Assembly (NCBI GenBank): GCA_964291215.2
Contig: OZ219791.1
Span: forward strand, 896,001-960,000
Source: Alphaproteobacteria bacterium
GTDB lineage: Bacteria; Pseudomonadota; Alphaproteobacteria; MPNO01; UBA830
Direction: 5' to 3'
DNA length: 64,000 bases
Shown here: piece by piece, positions 35,187-46,033 of the stretch
How the letters are laid out: each line of letters opens with the position of its first letter
How positions within the stretch are numbered: the stretch's first letter is position 1
Made by a program: the position numbers and the translations under genes
The notes under the pieces: model-generated
What the model was told of the DNA's origin: nothing
Seen by the model: the letters and a program-made list of their open reading frames with translations, nothing else
The model's database searches: none

Positions 35187-35507
35187 CTAACTGGTAGGAT
35201 GTCGCCGGGTGAGAGTCCCGGCAGGAAGAGAGGCTAACCACCACTTCCTCCGTGAACCATGCGTCGCGAGGCGAAGCGTTGGGGAACGGCAAGCGTGGGC
35301 TGGGCTATTGAGCCACGAGATACTGCGAACCGGAGTGCCGAGGTCGTGGCCGAAGGCAACACCCTGCGAGCCGCGTTGGTGAGGGGGGCTTCGCGGGGTC
35401 TGAGAACCATGGCCGAAGCAGGGACCTGGGAGGTCTTGCCCCACTGTCGTAGAGGGGTCGCAGAGGAAATTCCGTAAACCGATGATGAACGAGAAGTCAG
35501 ATTCGGC

Positions 35508-36386
35508 GTGCAGCGAGTCTAGCTGCTGTACTTGCGGGTGTGAGTCCCGCCGGCGCAATTTCCAGTTTGGCGCCGTAGCATTGGTTCAGGGGTGACCGTG
35601 GACCAGCGAGCTGGGATGTAGAAGCCGTTGTGGGCTGGCTGGAACGCAGTGTCCAGCCGGTTCGGTCAGCCAGGGCGGCGAGCAAACCGGAGGGCCGTAG
35701 CGAAAGCGAACGATTGGATGAAGCCCCGAAATTGATTTCCCACATGAAGCTGATTAGTGGGGTAAACGGGAATGCCAAGGGCCTGCCGATAGCCCGATGG
35801 CCAGAGTCGATGCGGAAGAACTGGAGAGCACGCATCGGGTTCCCCGGTGGTAGAGACGGCGGCAATCCGGGACAGTACAGCGGTGAAAGATCGGAAGGTG
35901 AGGAGGACAGACAGGATGAAGTGACCCTTGAATGTCAAGGACCGCGTCTATAACCAGGACTGGGAAAGGACGCGGAGTCCTCCTGACTGGCGGATGAGGT
36001 CGATTAAGCGTTGACGGGCGGGACAACACAACCCGTCCTGAGCGAGGACCTCAGGGCTCAGGTGGCCTGTGCCGCGGTAGGTCAACGCCAGTGCTCAGAA
36101 ACTGGCACCGACCGACAAGACCGCGAGGTCGAAGGACGGAGCAAACGCTCGGAGATGCCGTGGGTACGGTTGGGTCAGCCTTGACCATGGCGCGTCCGGC
36201 GGAAGGCTCCGCACCGAACTCCAAGTGGGTGCCTGATGCTTGAACCGGGAAAACCGGACGTACGGAATTTTAGGGAGGCTGCTGGAAACGTGGTCTATGG
36301 TAGTTCAGCGACCCCGCCCGCAATCGAAAGAGCGGTGACGGACAAAGCCTCTGCCTACGGATGCGCGCGCCAGCGGCCTACCCGAC
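35508..36386 (+). ncRNA. ORF-less group II intron nested in the outer intron
   Basis: Starts GTGCAG; gcgggtgtgagtcccgc hairpin; DV-like gggaaaaccggacgtacggaatt; ends gcctacccgAC. Removing it restores the outer DII/DIII. Confidence 0.75.
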
Positions 36387-36449
36387 CATAGTACCGTCGA
36401 AGGCGGCGAACAAGGGCTCCTCGGAGCCTGCGGAGCTGCTGGAGGGAAG

Positions 36450-37620
36450 GGAAATGCGGTTGACCCGCGCCGCGCGCAGAAGCGGGTCACAGGCGGCGCA
36501 TACGACAAGTTGCGAAGAGGAATCCGGAAGAGCGTCTTGTGACGTTGCTCCACCACGTGATGTCCTGCACGCGGCGTTTCACTCCTTGAGAAAGGACGCG
36601 GCAGCGGGCGTGGACGGAGTTACGTGGCACGCGTATGCGGAAGGTGTGGAACTGGTCGACCTGCCGTGTGCACAGGGGCGGGCGCCTCCGTCGGGTATAC
36701 ATACCCAAAGAGGATGGAGGGCAACGATCGCTTGCCTCGGACAAGATTCTTCAGCGGGCAGTGACGGACACGATTCTGGTACCGCGAGACGGAGTTCCTC
36801 GGGTTCAGTTACGGTTTCCGGCCGGGACGCACAACGCGCTCGATGCAGTCACGGTGGAACGGCGGAAGGTCAACTGGATCGTTGACGCCCGCGGGTTCTT
36901 CGACAATCGCGACCACTTGGTCGCGATGCTCGAGAGACGGATCGGGGGTCTGATCATCAAGTGACGCTGGCGTCATGGAGCGACACCGGTGCTGGTTCGC
37001 CGCAGGACGCGATTGTCAGCCCCTGCCTGGCGAACGTTTACCTGCACTACGTGACTGGTTCCAGAACCATTGGCGCAAACGGATGACTGACACGATCATC
37101 GTGCGTTATGCGGATGATTTTGTGTGCGGCTTTCAGGATCAGGGCGATGCGAAGCGCTGGGACCTCGGGGAGAGGTTGGCTCACTTGAACTGCACCCGGA
37201 CAATCATCGAGTTCGGTCGGTTTGCGAGAGCGAACCGCCGGAAGCGGGGGCAAGACGTTCGACTTCCTCGGTATGACGCACTATTGCGAGCAGACGTGGA
37301 AGGGCAAGTTCAGGGTCGGCCGCAAACCATCCCGGAAACGGGCACCCTGCGGCGGATCAAGGAGGCGCTGCGCAAGCGGTGGCACGACAATCGGCACAAG
37401 ACGGCCAAGTGGCGAGTGATCAAAGGCTGCTACTACGCCGTTCCGGGAAGCAGTGAGTCCCTGCAGGGGTTCATATACCAATGCAAACGGCTGCGTGCCC
37501 TTCGGCGGCGTTCCCAAAAGGATCGCACCGAATGGAGGGACATGGACACCCTCATCGAAGCTCACTGGCCTAAGGCCAGCATCCGTGGCCAAACCAGCGC
37601 CTTGTCGTCAGGACCTGAGG
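36450..37620 (+). pseudogene. ltrA: Group II intron reverse transcriptase/maturase (fragmented)
   Basis: LRKDAAAGVDGVTW, RRVYIPKEDG, DKILQRA, IIVRYADDFV, FDFLGMTHYC, LRRRSQK spread across shifted frames. Confidence 0.88.
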
Positions 37621-37687
37621 GAGGAGCGAACAGCGCAAGTCCGGATCTGTGCGGGGGGACCGGGGAAACCCGGTTCCCTACCGCGAT

Positions 37688-38168
37688 ATGGCGAGACCGT
37701 CACAAGGGCCTCGGCGGCCGATCTCGATGATCGCCGGTGCGGCGATCAAAGCGGTGATCGCCGGTGATCCCGAGCAGAGCTACGCCATCCTGACCTCGAT
37801 CCGGTGACCGCCGCGACCCTTCTGGATGCCCGAACTCGGCAGCCTTGATCGGGGTGGCGCCAACGACCACGGTGCTCGGCACATCCGTGGCGGGCGCCGA
37901 AGGCCACGCGATCTCCTGTTCATGGCCGCAACCGGCACGCTTCAACGCGGACCTGGTGCGCCTCAAGACTGCCGGCAAGCAAGGTCGCGATTGTCGCCGT
38001 GATGCGCAAGCTCTGGCGAACACCTTGCTGCGACAGCAGCGTTGCTGGTCGACCGAAGCACCGGTGAGTGAGCGAAGGAGACCACCCTCATGGCCCTCAC
38101 CCCTGCCGAGAGGCAGCGCCGCGATCGGGACTGTCTCGACAGTCTCCCTCTACGACACGACTTGGGGA
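37688..38168 (+). mobile_element. IS110-family transposase 3' part (3' exon of the intron)
   Basis: Homologous to 52256-52791; LIGVAP, RFNADL, KVAIVAVMRKL-like motifs. Confidence 0.75.
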
Positions 38169-38199
38169 GCTCGCTGATTCCTTCGCGCTATTGTCGGGC

Positions 38200-40181
38200 G
38201 CATGGACGACCCTGTTTCGATTCCCAGCGCGCTTTCCTCGCCACAAGGCATGGTTGTCGCGGATTCTGGCGTAGCCGGAGGTCGCACGTGCCGGCCGCAG
38301 GGTATGCGACGCTTTCGGCTTCGTTGACTTTCGCGGGCGACCGCAGATCACGAGTTGCCTTTCCGCCCTTCGCCGTCTTGAGCGGGCGGCGTTCTTCCTT
38401 TGCCCCGCCGTGGCGGCGGCAGCGGTGCCGTGACTCGCAGGGAGGTAGCGGTTGCCTGTGGGCCTTCCGGCGAGCGCGGTCGAGGGCCTTGAGCTTGTCC
38501 GGGTCGAGGGGCTTCGGCTGATCTTCAACGAGCTGATGGCGTCGGAGCGCCCGTCTTCACGTCAGCTGCGCTACCTGATCGGATCGTCGCATGGGTTCCT
38601 GTTTGCTCCGGCGACGCGGGTCCTGGCGGCGCCTGGCTGGGACGCCGCATCTCGACGAGGTGTGGCGCGATTCCTGATCCGTCGATCCGTTTGTGTACGT
38701 TATCTTGCGTCTTGGGCATGGCGGCGCGTGGTTGGTGACTTTGCGGCGGCCTATGGCATCCGTCCGGTTCTGGCCGAGACCTTTGTCGCGGGGCAGTTGC
38801 TTCCTGGCGGCCGGCTGGCGCTGTGTCGGCACCGGGCGCCGGCTTCGTGGCGGAACCGGCGAAGCGCATCCTTCTGCTGCCGGCGGACTGGGACACCTGC
38901 CTGGAGGCGCGTCCTGGCGCCCGGGGACGGTCTTGACAGCGCGGCAGAGAACGAATTCGGCGCCGCGCCCTTGGGAGACGCCCGCTTGACGCAGCGGCTT
39001 GTGCGCAGTGCCGAGGTTCAGGCCCGGTCGCCGACGAAGACATTCTTCGCTGTGAGGCGACGGGATACTACAGGATGATCGAGCATCCGGACTACGACGC
39101 GGTCTGTGCGTCCACCATCATCGGGGGGCATCGCGAACGGACGCAGGCGCTGTCGCTTCTGGTGCAGGACGGCCTCAACTTCGCGACCCGGTTGCGAAGG
39201 CCTCGGGATGATCGGCTGCAACACGGGGACATCGGGCCTGCACACGACCTTCGCCGTGAGCGGCGACGGGGTTCCCCTCGGCGTTGTCAACCTCGAGTTC
39301 GACGCCCCGGACGGCGGGCAGGATCGTCCGGTGGAGGAGCGCAACGGTGGCTGCGCGGCCTTCGCCACAGCATCGCGGCGGCGAAGGACGGGGTGAAGGC
39401 CGTGGCGGTGATGGAGGGGGACGCGGTGCTCCACGAACACCGTGCGGCGCGCTGCCGCCGTCTGGCGCTGCGGCATGACCGCAGCTTCGGCCGGCTGGTG
39501 TGCGCACGGCACCGGAAGGCGGACAGTTCTCCCTCACGGTGGAGCGACTGTCGGGGTGACCAGGGGCGCAGAAGGCCTCCGTCGGGCGAGCGAGGCGCCC
39601 CTGCGCTGGCTGACACTCGAGATCCCGCCGCCTGCACACACAAGGGCGCGCTTCGGGCCGCTGACCGTGATCCATGCCGGGGAGGTGGACGGGTCACAGC
39701 CGGTGTCGTGGACCCTGCCTGTCACGAGCCTGCACCAGGCCCGCGAGGTAGTGCGGCGGGTTGAGGTGGCGGATCGAGGACTGGGATCCTCAAGTGCAAG
39801 GTGGAGACGATCGCGCACCGGCATCGAACGGGCCGTGGCGATCAACGCGGTGACCGCCTGGCGCATCGCCGCCCTCCTGGCGCGAACGGAACCGGAGCTT
39901 CCGTCCACGACCGCGTTCACCGACCTGGCGCTGCTGAAAGACTTCGCGCATGTCCGCAAGCTGCCGCCACCCGAGGATCTCGGGCAGGCATTCCGCCTCG
40001 TGGCGACGATGGGCGGATACCTGAACCGCAGCAAGGACGGCCCGCGCGGAGATCACCTGGAACGGTCAGGCTGCGCTGTCGTTCACGGCGTGGATGCTTG
40101 GCCACAGTGTCGATACCGGGGACGACAGCGCCGTGCGGCAACACATCAGCTAGCCAGACGGCATTTGTGGGTAATGGGCAG
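38200..40181 (+). mobile_element. IS4/Tn5-like element A with an N-terminal DUF4338 domain (degenerate)
   Basis: DFAAAYGIRPVLAETFV, ENEFGAAPLGDARLTQRL, LHTTFAVSGDGVPLGV, LVATMGGYLNRSKD; right end TGTGGGTAATGGGCAG. Confidence 0.75.
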
Positions 40182-42200
40182 GGCGGGGCAGATCCCCGAC
40201 CTTGCAGTGTCGCCGGTGACCGACCGCGCCGGCAAGCACACGTGGGCGACGATGATGGCCCGGGAGAATCCTCTCGGTCCGGTGCGAGCGGCGGGATCGC
40301 AGATCCGCTATGTCCTGACCTCGGGCGAGGGGGTTCTCGGCGGTTTCCTGTGTGCGGCACCGACCCGTGTGCAGGCGGCGCGCGATCGTTGGATCGGCTG
40401 GACCCCGGCGCAGTGTGCGGCGGGGCGGCACCGCATCGTCGGCTTGGCGCGCTTCCTGATCCGGCCGGCTCTTGGGCGCTGCCGCAACCTCGCCTCCCGG
40501 GCGCCTGTGCCTGCGCCGGGTGGTTAGGGACTACGAGGCCCTCTACGGTCTGCGTCCGGTGCTCATCGAAACGTATGTCGGTCCCGAGCACGACGGTACC
40601 AGCTGCCGGGCGACCGGATGGATCCGGGTCGGGCAGACGGCCGGTCGCGGCCGTCATCGCCGGCCGGTGGCGGTCAAGCAGGTCTGGATGCGCCCGCTCG
40701 GCACCGACTGGCGTTGGCAACCGGGGGTCCGGGTGGAGCCGTTGACGCCGGGTCTGGACAGCACCCGGTGGGCGGAGCAGGAACTGGCTGGAGCGGAGTT
40801 CGGCGATGTCCGGCTGAGCCGGCGTCTTGTACAATCGGCTGCCCTGCTGGCGCAGACGCCTTCGAAGCCCTTCGTGACCACAGCCCGGGGAGATGCAGCG
40901 ATGGTAACCGGCCATTATCGTCTGATTGAACACCCCGACAGCGCCTCGGTGCAGGCGATTCTCGCCCCGCATCGCAAGCGGACCCGGCAGCGGATCCAGG
41001 GACAGGACACGGTGCTGCTGATCCAGGACGGCTCCGACCTGGCGGCGCACCAGGCTTGCGACGGTCTCGGCGTGATCGCCCGCAACCGGGGATCCCGGGG
41101 TACTCTGCACCTGCACACGACCCTCGCCGTCGCGGCGGACGGTATTCCGCTGGGCGTGCCGCGGATCGAGTTCGATGCGCCGCCGCCCGAGGGCGCCGCC
41201 GCCGCCGACCGTGACACCAGGACTCGGCGCCGGGTTCGAGGACTGGAAGACAGCGGGGCCCTGATCAACGGATTGCACGAGCTTCGGGCCGTGGCCGTCA
41301 TGGATCGCGAAGGCGATGCCTTCGAGGTCCTGGAGGCGCCTGGAAGGGCGGATCCACATCCTCGTCCGGGCCCGTCATGACCGCAGTCTCGGCAAGGGAC
41401 GGTTGAAGCTGTTCGAACGCATGCGCCGACAGCCGGTCCGGGAGTCCTGGACGGTATCGGTGCTGCGGTTGTCGGTACGGCGGGCGACGGGGTCGCAGTT
41501 CATGGGCCGCGCGCCCTGCGCTGGAAGAGCCTCGAGATACCGGTTCCCGAAGGACGTGCCGAACCGGGCGCGCGGGCGATCCGCCTGTCGCTGGTCCATG
41601 TCCAGGAAACCGCTGATCCCGAGGACGAAACGAAGCCGCTGGAATGGCTGCTCCTGACCTCGCTGCCGGTGAGCGATGCCTGCCAGGCCCGGGAAGTGGT
41701 CGGCTTCTACGAGCGGCGCTGGCGCATCGAGGAGTTCTTCCGCATCCTCAAGTCCGGCTGCGACGTGGAGACGGGAGCCCATCGCACGCGTCGAACGGGC
41801 CGTCGCCCTGCGCGCCGTCATCGCCTGGAGACTGTCGGTCCTGGCCCTGCTCGGGCGCGAGACGCCGGGGCTTGAGCCCGGGGTGCTGTTCTCCGAAGCC
41901 GAGCTGGCGGTGATCGCGGACATTGCCCGGCAGCGCCGCCTGGAGGCGCCCGACAACCTCGGCGCCGCCATCATCCTCCTGGCCCGCATGGGCGGGTACC
42001 TCCAGCGCCGGCACCGCCCGGAGCCCACGTGGTCCGGGAAGGATACAGCTACCTCGCGCTCGGCGCCGACATCGTCGAGCGGGCCCGGCAGATCGGCCAC
42101 CAGAGCGACGTGAAGCGCTGGATCTCCGACTGAGGCCCGGCAAGGGCGCCTCGGCCGACACCTTTCGCTTACCTCACGGCACCTGGATGTGTGGCAAAAA
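40182..42200 (+). mobile_element. IS4/Tn5-like element B with an N-terminal DUF4338 domain (degenerate)
   Basis: ARDRWIGW, ARFLIRP...NLASR, YGLRPVLIETYV, WAEQELAGAEFGDVRL, VMDREGD, YERRWRIEEFFRILKSGC. Confidence 0.8.
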
Positions 42201-42398
42201 TGCCCTTGTAGTGACAGGATTTATAAAGGGCCACTTTCGGGATTAACGCAGCGGTTTTGCGACACGGTTTCCTCTTGCATTGATGCTCATGGAGCTTTCC
42301 GGACATGGCGCAGAGGCTTCCCAGAACGGCCCTCTCCCACCCCCGGTGCCGCCGCGTTCCGGTTGGGCGCCTGACGCAGGGTGCGCCGGTCTCCCGTG

Positions 42399-43943
42399 TC
42401 ATCCGCCCTTGAGCCTGTCCTCGAGCAGGTGGCGCTGGATCTTGCCGGAGGTGCTGCGCGGAATGTCGTCGAAATCGATGAAGTAGATTTCCTTGGGCAG
42501 CTTGTAGCTCGCGATGCGGCCGCGGCACATGTTGACGATGTCGTCGGCGGTCAACGCGGGGTCGTGCCGCGCCGCGAACACCACGGGCACCTCGCCCCAT
42601 TGATCGTCTGCCTTGCGGACGACGGCAGCATCGGCAATGCGCGCGTCGGCCATGATGTGGCGCTCGATCTCGGCCGGATAGATGTTCTCGCCGCCCGACT
42701 TGATCATGTACTTGACGCGGTCGACGAAATCCACGGTGCCGTCGGGGTTGCGGCGGAAGATGTCGCCCATGTGGAACCATCCGTTGCGGAACGCTTCCCG
42801 GTTGGCTTCGTCGTTGGCCCAGTATCCCGAGAACAGTGTCGGGCCGCGTATGACAAGCTCGCCCGGCTCGCCGTCGGCGACATCGTTGTCGTCGGGATCG
42901 ACCAGGCGCACCTCGCAGAATCCGCTCAGCCGCTTCGAGAGCGTTTCGGGGACGGTGCCGACGGCGACGAAGTTGGCGGTGGCCGGAGGCAGCCCCGTTT
43001 CCGTGGAGCCGAACGTGTTGACGTAGGGCGCATTCAGGAAGGCGGTGATGTCCCTGAGCAGCGGCCGTGGAACCAGGTCGGCCATCGCCCCCATCATTGT
43101 TATCTCCTTTGCCTGTGTCCCTGCCTTCCTCATGCGGTTCAGCAGATCGTCGATCATTCCCGGCAGCACCATCAGGTAGTGAATCGGCCATGTCTCTATG
43201 GCGCGGATGATCTCGTCGGGCTGGTAGCCGTCGACAATCACCACCTGTCCGCCGAGCAGCAGGGTCGAAAGCGCGAAGTCGTTGGCGCCCATGTGAAACA
43301 GCGGCGACCAGGCGATTAACGTGTCCCGGTCGGGAACCTTGAGCTCGGCCGCATAGGCCAGCGCCCGCGCGACCATGGCGCGGTGGCTGATCAGGGCGCC
43401 CTTGGGGAGTCCCGTTGTGCCGCTCGTGAAGATGATGACGAGTCCGTCCTCGGAGTCGACCAGGCAGTCCGGATCGTCGTTGCGCGATGCTGCGATCTCA
43501 GCCTCGTAACTGCTTCCGAAGACCAGGTTGGCAGGAAAGCCGACCTCAGCGAGTATCTCCTCGTACTCCGGCGCCGCTACCACGAGACCCGGTCCGGTCA
43601 GGTTCAGGCAGTGCGTGAGCTCGTCGGGCGATGACCGCCAGTTGAGGTTGACGGATATGGCCCCGATCTTCGCGGCGGCGAGCTCGGTCTCGATATAGGC
43701 GATGCAGTTGCGCGCCAGCAGCGCAACGCGGTCGCCGTGGGTGATCCCGCGGGCGCTCATGACATGGGCGAGCCGGTTGGCGCGCGCATCGAGTTCCGCA
43801 TAGGTGAGCCGCCGGTCGCCCTCGATGAGCGCCGTGCGTTCCGCGTGGCGTCCGGCGCTGGCCGCGAAGAGGCGGCCGTACTGGCTGCTTCCCGCCTCGT
43901 GGACTTCGCGCGGCGGCGCATGACGTTCGGTCTGGTCGGCCAT
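42399..43943 (-). CDS. Acyl-CoA synthetase / AMP-binding protein
   Basis: FTSGTTGLPKG, FGSTET, MIKSGGENIYPAEIE, SGKIQR. Confidence 0.92.
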   Translation of the reverse strand: MADQTERHAPPREVHEAGSSQYGRLFAASAGRHAERTALIEGDRRLTYAELDARANRLAHVMSARGITHGDRVALLARNCIAYIETELAAAKIGAISVNLNWRSSPDELTHCLNLTGPGLVVAAPEYEEILAEVGFPANLVFGSSYEAEIAASRNDDPDCLVDSEDGLVIIFTSGTTGLPKGALISHRAMVARALAYAAELKVPDRDTLIAWSPLFHMGANDFALSTLLLGGQVVIVDGYQPDEIIRAIETWPIHYLMVLPGMIDDLLNRMRKAGTQAKEITMMGAMADLVPRPLLRDITAFLNAPYVNTFGSTETGLPPATANFVAVGTVPETLSKRLSGFCEVRLVDPDDNDVADGEPGELVIRGPTLFSGYWANDEANREAFRNGWFHMGDIFRRNPDGTVDFVDRVKYMIKSGGENIYPAEIERHIMADARIADAAVVRKADDQWGEVPVVFAARHDPALTADDIVNMCRGRIASYKLPKEIYFIDFDDIPRSTSGKIQRHLLEDRLKGG

Positions 43944-43955
43944 GTCGCTGGTCTC

Positions 43956-44762
43956 CTATTCCTCGAGCAGCGCAAGCGCCCGCACCGGGCTTCCGGACCC
44001 CTGCCGGATCTTGAGCGGCGGCGTGATCAGGAGGGCGCCCCGAGGCGGTAGCTTGTCGAGGTTCGTAAGCGCCGGCAGCCCGAACCGCCCGCGCCCGTGC
44101 ATGTGATAGTGGCAGGGAAAGGGCACCGCGAAGTACTGCGCCTGGCCGGCATCCGTGCCTACAGCCTCGCAACCGAACCCGATGACGTCACGTTCGTCGA
44201 TCAGCCAGGGAACGAGGTCTTGGTGGGGCCCCGGCGTATGCGCACCCTCGTCGGACATGTTCAGATAGGTCACCGGATCACGCCGCAGCGACCAGTCCGT
44301 TCGCATCAGGAGCCAAGACCGTGGCGGTATCGCTCCGTGCTCGTCCTCCCACTCCATGACCCGCTCGACCGTCAGCAGGTAGTCGGGATCGGCCTCGGCC
44401 TCAGCCGAACAGTCGACGACGCAGGCATGGGCGAGGAACATCTCCGGCGGGATGGTGTCGGTGGCGTTGTCCGGAAGGTCCTTCCCCGAAATCCAGTGGA
44501 TCGGCGCGTCGAAATGCGTACCGGTATGTTCGCCGCAGGAAAAGTTATTCCAGTAGGTTGCGGGACCGCGATGATCATAGCGCGAGATCTCCTCCATCCG
44601 GAACGGCCAAGATTGCCCGAGCTCGGGCGGCAGGACGATGGTCGGAACCTGCTGGTCGAGGGTCATCGTGAGATCGATGACCCGGATGCTGCCGCCGGCG
44701 ATGCCGTCCAGCAGGCTCGCGAGAATGCCCGTGTCGTGTCCTGATTTGGTCGAAACTGCCAT
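43956..44762 (-). CDS. Cyclase-family metal hydrolase (kynurenine formamidase/isatin hydrolase-like)
   Basis: EHTGTHFDAPIHW and GSGSPVRALA motifs; start at MAVSTK. Confidence 0.88.
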   Translation of the reverse strand: MAVSTKSGHDTGILASLLDGIAGGSIRVIDLTMTLDQQVPTIVLPPELGQSWPFRMEEISRYDHRGPATYWNNFSCGEHTGTHFDAPIHWISGKDLPDNATDTIPPEMFLAHACVVDCSAEAEADPDYLLTVERVMEWEDEHGAIPPRSWLLMRTDWSLRRDPVTYLNMSDEGAHTPGPHQDLVPWLIDERDVIGFGCEAVGTDAGQAQYFAVPFPCHYHMHGRGRFGLPALTNLDKLPPRGALLITPPLKIRQGSGSPVRALALLEE

Positions 44763-44791
44763 GGGATGCGCCCTGTCTTCCGCGCGCGGCG

Positions 44792-46033
44792 TCACAGCCG
44801 GATGGCGCGCTCTATTTCCTTGGGATTCTGCGCGAGGCGTTCGAGGATTTCCTCGGCAACCGCGCCAACGGGCACATCCTCGACGCCGTCCCGGAGCGTC
44901 TTGACGATGCGTCCGGCGATCGTCGATGGCGGCAACTTGGGCGGCGGCGCCAGTTGATACCATTCGTCCTCGATCGGGCCGACGAAAGCGTTGACCACTC
45001 GCACGCCGCCGTCGGCGAGCTCGGCGCGCAGGCACTGCGACACCGACAGCGCCGCCGCCTGGGAGGCGGAGTAGGTGCCGAGCGCCGGGTTGTTGACCAG
45101 AGCGTAGGCCGAGAGCACGTTGACCCATGCCGTCGCTCCGTAATTCCCGTCGGCGCCGCGCGACCGCATCACCGGCCCGAAATGCCCGGCAAGGCGCAGC
45201 AGGCCGTGATAGTGGACCTCCATCTCGTCATGCGCGGTGTTGATGTCGCACCGGTCGAGCACGCCGCCCATGCGCAGGTGGTAGCTGTTGTTGACGAGAA
45301 TCTCGACCTTGTCGCCGATCATCGCCGCCAGCTCCTCGACGCTGTCCGTGTCCGTCACGTCGAGCGGAAACACCGTCACCTGGTCGAGTTCCCTCAGCGC
45401 ATCGAGATGGGCGCTGGCGCGCCATGGCTGGGCGAACCCGGCGAATATGCCGCGCGCGCCGGCGGCAGCGAAGGCATGGGCGAGCTCAAGGCCGAGCTCT
45501 GTCTTGCCGTCGACGATCAGTACGCGCCGCCCCTTGGGATCGAAAGACATTTCGCGCAATTGCAGGTCATCCTCCTCGTTCGGCGCCGGATTCTCGGGCC
45601 GCGCGGTCACCACCGCGTCGCCGCCGCGGTCGAGCCCGAGCGCCAGCCGGACGCGCGCGCCGCGGACGCAGTCTTCGGCCAAGTGCGCGACGACCGACGG
45701 GCCGGCATCGGCAGCGACGACGCCGAGCCGCCACGGCAGCCGGTCGCGGAAGAACAGGTCGTTCGAGTGCCGAAGCGTGGTCTCGGCCAGCAGCGTTCCG
45801 CCGTCGGCCACGTCCCGCCACTCGAGATCGTCGCCAAGGCAGCGATGGCAGACCTGCCTCGGCGGGTATTGCACGGCCCCGCAGCTGCCGCATGTCTGCA
45901 GCGCGAACCTGCCGGCCGCCGCCATCGCCGCCAGCCCCTGACCCTCGCGCGAGCGGTTTCCCGGAGGGCGTGTCGGCAGGCGGGTGCGCCGGACCGGATC
46001 CTTCCGTTTCGGCGGCGGCAGCGGCGTCGTCAC
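44792..46033 (-). CDS. DUF35 (Zn-ribbon + OB-fold)-SDR oxidoreductase fusion
   Basis: CGSC...YPPRQVCHRC Zn ribbon, OB fold, then Rossmann fold with LDVTD and YSASQ. Confidence 0.85.
   Translation of the reverse strand: MTTPLPPPKRKDPVRRTRLPTRPPGNRSREGQGLAAMAAAGRFALQTCGSCGAVQYPPRQVCHRCLGDDLEWRDVADGGTLLAETTLRHSNDLFFRDRLPWRLGVVAADAGPSVVAHLAEDCVRGARVRLALGLDRGGDAVVTARPENPAPNEEDDLQLREMSFDPKGRRVLIVDGKTELGLELAHAFAAAGARGIFAGFAQPWRASAHLDALRELDQVTVFPLDVTDTDSVEELAAMIGDKVEILVNNSYHLRMGGVLDRCDINTAHDEMEVHYHGLLRLAGHFGPVMRSRGADGNYGATAWVNVLSAYALVNNPALGTYSASQAAALSVSQCLRAELADGGVRVVNAFVGPIEDEWYQLAPPPKLPPSTIAGRIVKTLRDGVEDVPVGAVAEEILERLAQNPKEIERAIRL

Larger units (their letters stand above)
35187..37687 (+). mobile_element. 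RT-encoding group II intron (outer; 5' end lost; degenerate)
   Basis: DI-like gccgggtgagagtcccggc; DII/DIII gagaagtcagattcggc|catagtaccgtcgaagg split by the inner intron; DV-DVI gcgcaagtccggatctgtgcgggggg...ccctaccgcgat. Confidence 0.85.

Noticed and set aside
36450-37620. RT as a DGR or retron enzyme diversifying the FN3 proteins
   Set aside because: It has YADD plus maturase-like motifs and is enclosed by group II RNA domains. No TR/VR pair with adenine-only differences was seen by eye.
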